This document shows positions 38,300 through 46,091 of a stretch of 59,772 nucleotides of DNA, piece after piece (within the stretch, counting starts at the first letter, position 1; every line of letters starts with the position of its first letter). Both the position numbers and the translations under genes were made by a program. Below the pieces are notes generated by a model. It saw only the letters and a program-made list of their open reading frames with translations. It did no database searches and was not told where the DNA came from. The stretch is taken from positions 1 to 59,772 of IMG/VR virus record IMGVR_UViG_3300042319_001458. One strand, given 5' to 3'. The stretch comes from a virus (lineage: Duplodnaviria > Caudoviricetes).

Positions 38300-38866
38300 T
38301 TACTTCTCAGGGATTGGCATAGCTTCATACGATTTCTTAATTTGCGGCTTAACTCGCGCATCATCTCGCGTCATTGTGCCGTCTGGCGTGCCAGCAATTT
38401 GCTGCTCTTTTGCCCTTACCTGCATGCGTGCTTTGCGTAGGTCAGACGCGCGGCGCTCATCAATAATCTCAGTCGGGCATTGCATCAGGATCATGCCTTT
38501 ACGCAAAATCGTCTGCGTCGATGTATTGTTTGGCATCATCCATGGATGGCGCGCGACAGGGACAGGCTCCCAGCCAGCTCGAGCCAACTGGATCTGATAT
38601 GCAGGATCTTCCTGACCATAAATGGTGTGGCGCTTCCATTCATACGTCCAGCCATCAGGGATTTCATCTAGCGGGATGTAGAAATCATCTTGCGCGTCTA
38701 CCACGTCGCCAAGATGCTCACGCAGCTGGGCTGCGCGGCGAGAAGCGGCTGCTCGAGAATCATCTTCACGCATTGGCGGCCTCATCGTGTCTTCTTCTAC
38801 GGTTTCAATTTTCTTTACTGCGTTTGCGAATTTACCGCCGCGGCGGGGAGCATTGATAGGTTCCAT
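38300..38866 (-). CDS. Conserved head-module protein
   Basis: IPDGWTYEWKR....G..D......R.GWEPVP..RHP...G.ILM..P. Confidence 0.75.
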   Translation of the reverse strand: MEPINAPRRGGKFANAVKKIETVEEDTMRPPMREDDSRAAASRRAAQLREHLGDVVDAQDDFYIPLDEIPDGWTYEWKRHTIYGQEDPAYQIQLARAGWEPVPVARHPWMMPNNTSTQTILRKGMILMQCPTEIIDERRASDLRKARMQVRAKEQQIAGTPDGTMTRDDARVKPQIKKSYEAMPIPEK

Positions 38867-38876
38867 TTTTCAATCC

Positions 38877-39788
38877 TTAACGACCGTAGCGGCCTTCTTT
38901 TTGAGCTAAAGCTTTATTCTTTGCATATTCTTCCGGTTTCATACCAAGAGATGCGGCCATGTCGGCTTCTGCAGCCGTCAAACGCATAACATTTGGTCGT
39001 GAGCTCCCGCGAGAAACAGGCGCAGGAGAAGGCTGCACAGCTCTTTTTGGCGCAGCTGCAGCAGATAGCGGATTTTCTGCTGACGCATGCGTTTCATGCT
39101 CATCCATATTTCTACGAATGCCCAGACGCTGTTCAACATATGCAAAATATTCATCAGAATCAGGCGCAATGCCGTCATCAACAGCGTCTTCATGTGCGCG
39201 AAACATTTTTCTGATGTCACGCGCGCCTTTAAAGTGATCCTTATTCTCTTTTAACCAAGAAGCAGAGCGCGGGGAGACCTCCGATACAATTTGATCAAAG
39301 ATATCACCCTGTTGCGCAGCAGGCGGCGCTTTTTCAGCGGCCTCCATTTGCGCCTTCATGGCTTTTTCACCCTTTTTCAGCTCGGATAATTGTTGAGCAT
39401 TGGAGCTGATCGACAATTGTATCTCTGCAGCGCGCGAATAATCCTGCGTAGCCATCGCGTCTGCATAAGCATTCTTCAATTGCTCGTTTCTGGTGTTAAC
39501 CGTCTCGATCGCATTCACAACAAGCTGATAATCAGACTCTGTTTTGTCTGCGTTTGCCTGATGCGCCCTGTGATGAGCCTCTTGCGCACGCCTTTCAGCC
39601 TCTAAACGCGCTTGTTTTTCGCGCTCCAGGCTCTTTTTTAGGTCCAATATGCCTTCTTCAGGCGATACTTCAGGCTTTTTGGCTTGTTTCTCTGGTTCGC
39701 TATCAACAATTTCTACTTCAGGAGCGTCATTATCCTGTTTTTTATCGTCATCGAGAACGATTTCGACGCCATTATCTTCATCAGACAT
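38877..39788 (-). CDS. Putative scaffolding protein
   Basis: Acidic N-terminus, long coiled coil, C-terminal RLTAAEADMAASLGMKPEEYAK capsid-binding-like motif. Confidence 0.78.
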   Translation of the reverse strand: MSDEDNGVEIVLDDDKKQDNDAPEVEIVDSEPEKQAKKPEVSPEEGILDLKKSLEREKQARLEAERRAQEAHHRAHQANADKTESDYQLVVNAIETVNTRNEQLKNAYADAMATQDYSRAAEIQLSISSNAQQLSELKKGEKAMKAQMEAAEKAPPAAQQGDIFDQIVSEVSPRSASWLKENKDHFKGARDIRKMFRAHEDAVDDGIAPDSDEYFAYVEQRLGIRRNMDEHETHASAENPLSAAAAPKRAVQPSPAPVSRGSSRPNVMRLTAAEADMAASLGMKPEEYAKNKALAQKEGRYGR

Positions 39789-39799
39789 ATAAATTCTCC

Positions 39800-40192
39800 T
39801 TACCAAGCTGCATCTGGCGTCGGGATACTCATTTTGACCTGTGTATCAGATAGCATTCTGCATAGAACGCCATTAACCGTTAAGCTCCACCCGTCAGACG
39901 GACGGAAAACAAGCCAGTCATGCAGATTAATGTTTGCGTTGTTAAACCATTGGCCATTATCATCTTGAAAAGCGGTCGATCCCATCTTTACAAGCAAACC
40001 AACTTTTCCTTGATATCGATCTTCATCGACAGTTTTATCTGAAAGATAGATACCGCTCTTTGTTTTTGTTGGCCTGATATAAACAGCAACAAGGGCTTGG
40101 TTATTAAAAACCTTAAAGTTATCAAGATTACCAAGCCTGGAGAGCAATTCTTCTTTAGGATCTAGCGTGTGTTCCATAACCATTGGTGGCAT
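39800..40192 (-). CDS. groES: GroES-like co-chaperonin
   Basis: LVAVY.RP.KTKSGIYL.D.T...VGL.VKMG..AF...DW.VF...CRML.D. Confidence 0.8.
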   Translation of the reverse strand: MPPMVMEHTLDPKEELLSRLGNLDNFKVFNNQALVAVYIRPTKTKSGIYLSDKTVDEDRYQGKVGLLVKMGSTAFQDDNGQWFNNANINLHDWLVFRPSDGWSLTVNGVLCRMLSDTQVKMSIPTPDAAW

Positions 40193-40204
40193 TGTTTTCC
40201 CTTC

Positions 40205-40411
40205 CTAACGATACTTCTCTGCGCAAACTCGATCGGCTTCGTCGAGCAAGTCGAACGCAGATTTTAGACCGGCAATCTTGCCGGCTAAACTTTTATAATC
40301 TTCATATGATTCGACATAACCGTTAATCATCGGTTCAATTAATCTTTCAATCTCAATCTGAATGAGCTTCTTCAGCTCATTTTGATAAACTTGCACTGTT
40401 GTAAGCGCCAT
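40205..40411 (-). CDS. Small helical protein upstream of GroES
   Basis: G.VESYEDYK.L.G.I.GL; good SD. Confidence 0.75.
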   Translation of the reverse strand: MALTTVQVYQNELKKLIQIEIERLIEPMINGYVESYEDYKSLAGKIAGLKSAFDLLDEADRVCAEKYR

Positions 40412-40415
40412 ATGT

Positions 40416-40486
40416 CCAGTCCCTTCCTACTGGCCTTCCTAATGTAATAGCGAGGGTGGCTCTTAGGAAGGGGGTGAGCCACCCTC
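40416..40486 (-). promoter_or_regulatory. Hairpin pair with complementary loops over the SD
   Basis: 11-bp stem with loop ACCCCCTTCCTAA, followed by TTAGGAAGG and CCAGT-AGGAAGGG-ACTGG. Confidence 0.6.
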
Positions 40487-40497
40487 TATCGCTGCAA

Positions 40498-41628
40498 TTA
40501 CTTGCTGCGACCTGCTTTCGCTTTCGCGATATCTTCTTTCTGCAAACGACCTTCGCCAGAACCAGCGCCTGCTGTCATGTCTTTATACGACTTGGCGACT
40601 TTACTGATTCGACCACCGGCCTTGCGAGCAGGCGCATCTTTATGAAGCTTGGCAATGTCCGTCTTTTGCAGGCGGCCTTCGCCGCTTCCAGCACCGGCTT
40701 CCATGTCCTTATAGGACTTAGCGACTTTAGTGATTCGACCGCCAGCCTTGCGTCCAATTGGCAGGCCTGGAGGCAGCATAGGACCAGCGCCAGGAGGGCC
40801 CATAGGCGGCATAGCAGGCGCAGCAGCACCAGCGTCCATCGGAGGAGGAGGCGGCATCATGTCAGGAGCAGGGCGCTTCATGCCAGCGTCAACATGACGC
40901 GGCTCAGACTTTCCGGCGTTGATCACGATGTTAATGTCGGTCTTGCTGCCCTTCTTGCTGCTCTTTTTTGTCGCACCCTTCAAGGCGCTCATAAGAGAGC
41001 CGCCAGTGGCCTTAGCCGTGCGTCCGCCCTTCTTGTAGTTTTGATACTTGCCAGACCGCTCAGCGGCCTCGCCAGCCGCAGGGAGCGCATCGTCGCCTTT
41101 AAGAGCGCGATTAAGAGCGCCTTTGTCTTCCTGCGTATAATTCGCCGTGCCTGACTTGCCGACATCGCGCATGGATCGAGCTTGCTTCTCGCTCTCCGAG
41201 CCGCCAACCATTTTCTCGAGGAAGCTGCCACCGCCGGCTTTCTTGATCTTGCCGCCCTTCTTGTAATGCTGGGCAGCGCCGCGAACAGGCTTAATTTTCA
41301 TCGAGCCAAGGCGTGTTTTGGTATCTTCTGTTTCTGCAGCAGAAGGAACCGAGCCGCCGTCTTTGCGCTTTACAGCGCCGCCGGCTTTGAACGCGCCGCG
41401 CTTCATATCCCTGCCGATGGCTGCCTTCGTGTCGCGGGCGGCATTTGATTCGCCAATGCCCTTTGCCGATGGCTTCATAATTGGGCGAGCGCCGGTTTTT
41501 ACTTCCGCGCGCAGCAATGGCGCAGGCGTCCAGTCACTCGAATCTGTCTTCTGATCTTTCTCACCGGCGAGAGAGCGGGCTTTCGCCTTCATCTTCTCGC
41601 GCAGGGTCTTTGCGGAATATTCTGACAT
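40498..41628 (-). CDS. Lys/Ala-rich putative internal head protein with 8 xxxGG motifs and a C-terminal duplication
   Basis: FKAGG, RKDGG, YKKGG x2, KKAGG, KATGG, RKAGG x2; duplicated KVAKSYKDMxAGAGSGEGRLQK. Confidence 0.8.
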   Translation of the reverse strand: MSEYSAKTLREKMKAKARSLAGEKDQKTDSSDWTPAPLLRAEVKTGARPIMKPSAKGIGESNAARDTKAAIGRDMKRGAFKAGGAVKRKDGGSVPSAAETEDTKTRLGSMKIKPVRGAAQHYKKGGKIKKAGGGSFLEKMVGGSESEKQARSMRDVGKSGTANYTQEDKGALNRALKGDDALPAAGEAAERSGKYQNYKKGGRTAKATGGSLMSALKGATKKSSKKGSKTDINIVINAGKSEPRHVDAGMKRPAPDMMPPPPPMDAGAAAPAMPPMGPPGAGPMLPPGLPIGRKAGGRITKVAKSYKDMEAGAGSGEGRLQKTDIAKLHKDAPARKAGGRISKVAKSYKDMTAGAGSGEGRLQKEDIAKAKAGRSK

Positions 41629-41672
41629 TTTAAAACTCCAGCCGGAATTATGGAGGCGTCCCTCCTCCCGCG

Positions 41673-44600
41673 CTATCGCGAGAACTTAGATAATACCTTA
41701 AAGGCGTGATCAATTATAGGGCTCTTGCCAACATCCCCGCCGGATTTAAAGGCGGGCAGACCCTTGAGGATCGCGGCGCGCAGCTTGGGGGTGATTTGGA
41801 TGGCGTGAGCTTTTACTTCGCCATCTTCTCCTTTTAGAGAATGAGAATGCGGCGCAACCTTTACGTCTTTATCGTATTGCGAAATAAGCTTGCTTAATCG
41901 CTGTGGCACAAGCTTATCATAAAAAGACTTCATACCTTCGCCGCCGACTTGTAAATCTCCGCCGATTAATGAATGCACCGTATCGCCCTCAACATTCTGC
42001 GTATTAGGCAATGGCTTGGTAGAAACAAGCTTATTAGCAAGGTCTTTGCCAATTACATCAGGAAGATCTTTTTGATCAACTTTCTGATTAAATACCGCAT
42101 AGCCATCATGATCTAATGCATGCAAATGATTTGAATCTGGAGACCAATGAACGGCGCTTAATTTTCTGCTAAGATCATATCTTTTTGCTTGCTCGTTACC
42201 CGGCGTCCAAACCAGCTTATCATAACCGCCTTTTGCAGCCTCCATCAATGCACGCTTCAAGCCAAGGTCGACCCATTGGTTGGTGTCAGTGACGTAAGGG
42301 CCTGATGGAACGCCTGATCTTGCCTTTTTTGAAAGCTCATTAATTTTATCAGAAAGCTCTTCTTTTTTATTATTAATAGCAACAAACTCTGGATGATTAA
42401 CAATTTTATCACCAGAAAGTCCTTGCAAATATAATTCTTCAGCTTTGCTATTTAAATCTTTTTTTGCTTTTTCGAAATCCTGCATTGCACCAAAGAAAGT
42501 AGATTCATCTGGCGCAAAACCATTTTTCCTTCCTTCTTGACCCCAATCGCTTTGCAGTTCTTCAAGATGCAAGGTCTTGCCATTATCGCGATCAGACATG
42601 CGGAGATGAGCAAGAGGATTAGGAATACCCATCCAATGAGATGATTTATATGGTTCGTTAATAGGCTTGTTTTCTGTAACGATATTCATTGGAAATCTAT
42701 CAAGCTTTTGCGCAATATTGGGATTTCTCTCAGCCTTTTGACGCAATTCCTGAATATAACTTTCTGCTTCTTCTTTGCTATCAAAAACATCAGGAAGCGC
42801 ACCTGTTACACGAAATTGAGCTTTTGTTCCTCCATGCTGAGGCAAAGCCATTACAACTTCGCGATAGTTTTCACCACCGGGAACAGTATATTCTTTATAT
42901 AAAGGCTGCTCAATATTGTTGATGCTATTGTTTGCATGCTCAACTGCATCAGCTAACGTAAAATATGTTGAATGAAATCCTGATGGACCATGCACAGCAT
43001 ATTGATGCGGCATAACAGAATCATAATTTGTTTTTACGCTGATTAAATGAGGAGGCTTCCCATACGGTCCGACCTCATAAACATCATCAGCGTCTTCAAA
43101 ACCTTCAGGTCTTTCCAATAATGCTTTTGGTTCATACTGGATCGGCGGCTTACCTCCGTAAACTCTTTCTTTTATTTGCGGAACATTCTCCTGTAAATGC
43201 CGCGCAACTTCTTTCGGATCGACGCTCCTCTGTCCAGCAAATGCGTCTGCAAGATTAGCATTATCAAGCTCCGCTGCTTTGACATTGGGCTGCCCTTTGA
43301 TCTTGTTTAAGATCTGATCAATTGGAGCGCGCTGAGGTATTTTGCTGGCCGCCTCAGCTGCGGCGCTGTAAAAACCCATTGGCGTCAGGTTGCGAGCTGT
43401 ATCTACAGCCGATGTCGACGATGGCGCAGCCCCAACAATGTCGAGAGCTTTATTGACAGGATCATCAACTGAACCGCCCTCAGCGCGAGAAAGTGGACGA
43501 ACAAGCGGTGCCGCAGCATACGACCATAATATCAGACGACGCGCCTGATCCTCAAGATCGTCATACCTAAGCTCGATCGGATTGATTGCGCCGCCGTAAG
43601 CTTTTGCAGGTTTCTTTGAAAGCTTGGAGATGTTGCCTTCGGCTTTCTTAACACCAGCACTCTGCATCTTTACGGCTTGATCATAATCGTCTGTGCGTGC
43701 GCCCTGCGCGCCATCATACAGCTGATCATATGTCGGATCATAATGCATGAACACAACGTCAGGCTTGCCTTTGTTGTATGCATCAAAATCACTATGTTTC
43801 CAGCCTTCAGGTTTATACTCTTCATTCCATGGCATGCGAGATACAACGCGGAACTTATTGCGGCTGTAAATGTGCGGCAATGCCGTATCAAATGCATCTA
43901 GGCGTCTGCCGCCTTGAGCAATCGCCAACTGCAGCATGGCGTTAGAAACGTGCGTGTGACCGCTATCTCTGCTGTTGAACACCGAGACAATATCATCGCC
44001 TTTCAACGCAAACCCGGCTTTGCCGTTTGGCGTCATAAATAAGCGCATGCCTTTATATTCTTTCGGATCATATGCATGAACCGATGCAGCAAGTGGATTT
44101 GTTTTCTTTGATTCAGTTATGGCGCTATGAAATGCATTTGCGCCTTTAGCGCCAGAAGCAAGTTCAACCATAGACGGCGCAGCTATGCCGGCTTTGTTGA
44201 ATGCTTCTTGCGCTTCTGGTGTAACATCGTAAACGGCGCGAGCGGGCGCGTCGAAATCAGTCTCTAGGTTATTTTTCCCAACTCTTCCAGTTCTTCTACT
44301 GAAAGATTGTGGAAGTGCTTCTTGCCCAAATGCTTGCCGTGATGCTCTTGTGAGCTCACGGTTCCTTTGGAAGGACCGAAGCTGTGGCTCTTCCAATCCT
44401 GGAACTGGACCGGAATTTGCTCCTCCAATTCGGGACTCCAAGATGGCGGCTTCCCCATATATGCGAGGAGCAGATAATTTTCTCTCGTAAGTGGAATATG
44501 ATTCTCCTTCATCAGGGACAGAAGAGGATCTTGACCATGCGGGCTCATTTATACCTCCAGCTAATTCGACGATCTTCTTTCGAGCGTCATCAATATCAAT

Positions 44601-46091
44601 ATTGCCTGCAGCGTAATCTTTCCATATTTCGCGCACTGCTGCAATATTTTTATCATTTTTAAATGTATCTGGGAAAAGGCCCTTTAATCCTTCCCATGTA
44701 ATGGACTGCATTTCTCGAGGTTCAATTCCTCGCTCAGAGGCGGCTCTACGCAGGGCTTCAGTATAAAAAGGGTATGTGCCCTGCACCCCTGTCTCAGCCG
44801 AGCCCTTGGCGGCTGGAGAGCCATCCTGAACGCTATTCTTAAAGTTGTGAGAAACCTGCGTAGCATTAGCCCCAAGCGGCTCTAGAAGCGCCCCAGCGAC
44901 AGCATGCGTGTCTACAGTCACGTCTTGCGTTGGCGAATGCGGATCAAGAATATTGTTGTAAAAATTGCGGATCTTGTGGCGCAGTCCCATCAAGTCGCTA
45001 ATTCGCTCGCGGGTTGCGCCGCCCATTAAGGCTTGTATGCCTTTCATTATTTCTGACGTTGATCCCCAAGACACACGAGCATTGGAGCCATCTTGATTCT
45101 TTACCCAATCACCAATCACACCTTCTGGCGTCATCAAACGATGTGATGGATCGTGATATGTTTCATCGTAAAGACGTGCCCAGATTGCTTTTAAACGCGG
45201 GTCATCAACGTCGCCGTATGTCTTGCCACGAACCTTATCGAGTAACTCATCAAACTTTTCTTTGCCAAATATACGGTTCGCCGTCATCTCCATGTCGTGC
45301 GAATAATTTTCATCTTTAGCTTTATGGTGAATATCAAATAAACGCTCTGCAAGACTGGCATTTTGAAACCAATCTTTCTGAGGCGACATTGCAGCAATAG
45401 ACGCGGCTGCCGCGGCGGGATCTGCGCGATGTTCTTTCGCAAGGCGATTGGCAAACTTATTTGCGCCGACATACCATTCTTTCGCGCGAGCTCTTTGCTC
45501 TTCTGGCATTAAATCATGCAAGAAAAGATAATTGTCTTTTAAATGATTAATAAAATTCTCTGCAACCTCTTCATGCGATCCCTGCATTTCTTCAGGTCTT
45601 AAATGATCATACGTCTTAATCAAATTGACGTTATGCTCAAAAGATTTTGGATGCATCTTTGCGGCTTCAAGACCAACGGTCAAAGCCTGATCGTTTGGAT
45701 CTTCTTGGCTTTTCACAGCAGTAGGCATGCGCTGCGAAATAATTTGAGGATGCAATCCTTCCATGTCCATTGCAGCCGGCACAGGTTGCGTCTGCGTTGG
45801 CGTCTGAACTGGCGTAGGCTCAGGAGGCATGTTGTGCCCCATCTGCGGAGGGGGCGCAGCGTCTTCAGGCTCTAGCATTGGAGGCATTGGCTGCCGAGGG
45901 AACCCGCCGCGCGCCATTACCTGCCGACCAACTTCAGGCAAATAGTGCGTTGGGTAATCGTCTTCTAAAACATGGCCGCCACGAGCCATGCTTTTGCCAG
46001 CTGCTAACGGCGATGCAACTTGAAACGATGACGTCTGATCTTTTAAGTGATCGTTGATAATGTCGAGCGCGCGATCAATTATGCTTCCCAT
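41673..46091 (-). CDS. Large polyvalent protein: HhH-GPD glycosylase-like (DUF7178-like) domain, GNAT-like domain and an uncharacterised C-terminal domain
   Basis: WY...IAAMSPQKDW..N...KIRNFYNNI...VTVDTHA...PREMQSITW; AGFAL..DIVSVFN...AIAQGGRRLDAFDT.LP..Y; GFYS...GGENYRE...SHW...EELQSDWGQ...GYD...Q..RY...FYD. Confidence 0.75.
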   Translation of the reverse strand: MGSIIDRALDIINDHLKDQTSSFQVASPLAAGKSMARGGHVLEDDYPTHYLPEVGRQVMARGGFPRQPMPPMLEPEDAAPPPQMGHNMPPEPTPVQTPTQTQPVPAAMDMEGLHPQIISQRMPTAVKSQEDPNDQALTVGLEAAKMHPKSFEHNVNLIKTYDHLRPEEMQGSHEEVAENFINHLKDNYLFLHDLMPEEQRARAKEWYVGANKFANRLAKEHRADPAAAAASIAAMSPQKDWFQNASLAERLFDIHHKAKDENYSHDMEMTANRIFGKEKFDELLDKVRGKTYGDVDDPRLKAIWARLYDETYHDPSHRLMTPEGVIGDWVKNQDGSNARVSWGSTSEIMKGIQALMGGATRERISDLMGLRHKIRNFYNNILDPHSPTQDVTVDTHAVAGALLEPLGANATQVSHNFKNSVQDGSPAAKGSAETGVQGTYPFYTEALRRAASERGIEPREMQSITWEGLKGLFPDTFKNDKNIAAVREIWKDYAAGNIDIDDARKKIVELAGGINEPAWSRSSSVPDEGESYSTYERKLSAPRIYGEAAILESRIGGANSGPVPGLEEPQLRSFQRNRELTRASRQAFGQEALPQSFSRRTGRVGKNNLETDFDAPARAVYDVTPEAQEAFNKAGIAAPSMVELASGAKGANAFHSAITESKKTNPLAASVHAYDPKEYKGMRLFMTPNGKAGFALKGDDIVSVFNSRDSGHTHVSNAMLQLAIAQGGRRLDAFDTALPHIYSRNKFRVVSRMPWNEEYKPEGWKHSDFDAYNKGKPDVVFMHYDPTYDQLYDGAQGARTDDYDQAVKMQSAGVKKAEGNISKLSKKPAKAYGGAINPIELRYDDLEDQARRLILWSYAAAPLVRPLSRAEGGSVDDPVNKALDIVGAAPSSTSAVDTARNLTPMGFYSAAAEAASKIPQRAPIDQILNKIKGQPNVKAAELDNANLADAFAGQRSVDPKEVARHLQENVPQIKERVYGGKPPIQYEPKALLERPEGFEDADDVYEVGPYGKPPHLISVKTNYDSVMPHQYAVHGPSGFHSTYFTLADAVEHANNSINNIEQPLYKEYTVPGGENYREVVMALPQHGGTKAQFRVTGALPDVFDSKEEAESYIQELRQKAERNPNIAQKLDRFPMNIVTENKPINEPYKSSHWMGIPNPLAHLRMSDRDNGKTLHLEELQSDWGQEGRKNGFAPDESTFFGAMQDFEKAKKDLNSKAEELYLQGLSGDKIVNHPEFVAINNKKEELSDKINELSKKARSGVPSGPYVTDTNQWVDLGLKRALMEAAKGGYDKLVWTPGNEQAKRYDLSRKLSAVHWSPDSNHLHALDHDGYAVFNQKVDQKDLPDVIGKDLANKLVSTKPLPNTQNVEGDTVHSLIGGDLQVGGEGMKSFYDKLVPQRLSKLISQYDKDVKVAPHSHSLKGEDGEVKAHAIQITPKLRAAILKGLPAFKSGGDVGKSPIIDHAFKVLSKFSR
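44264..44548 (-). CDS. Nested out-of-frame small gene inside the polyvalent protein linker
   Basis: GGAGG-TATAA-ATG; protein-like N-terminal 52 aa DPLLSLMKENHIPLTRENYLLLAYMGKPPSWSPELEEQIPVQFQ, while the host frame reads as a low-complexity linker. Confidence 0.65.
   Translation of the reverse strand: MSPHGQDPLLSLMKENHIPLTRENYLLLAYMGKPPSWSPELEEQIPVQFQDWKSHSFGPSKGTVSSQEHHGKHLGKKHFHNLSVEELEELGKIT

Noticed and set aside
41099-41114. CtrA box
   Set aside because: Spacing is TTAA-N8-TTAA, not N7, and it is intragenic. I noticed no convincing CtrA box, but did not scan exhaustively.
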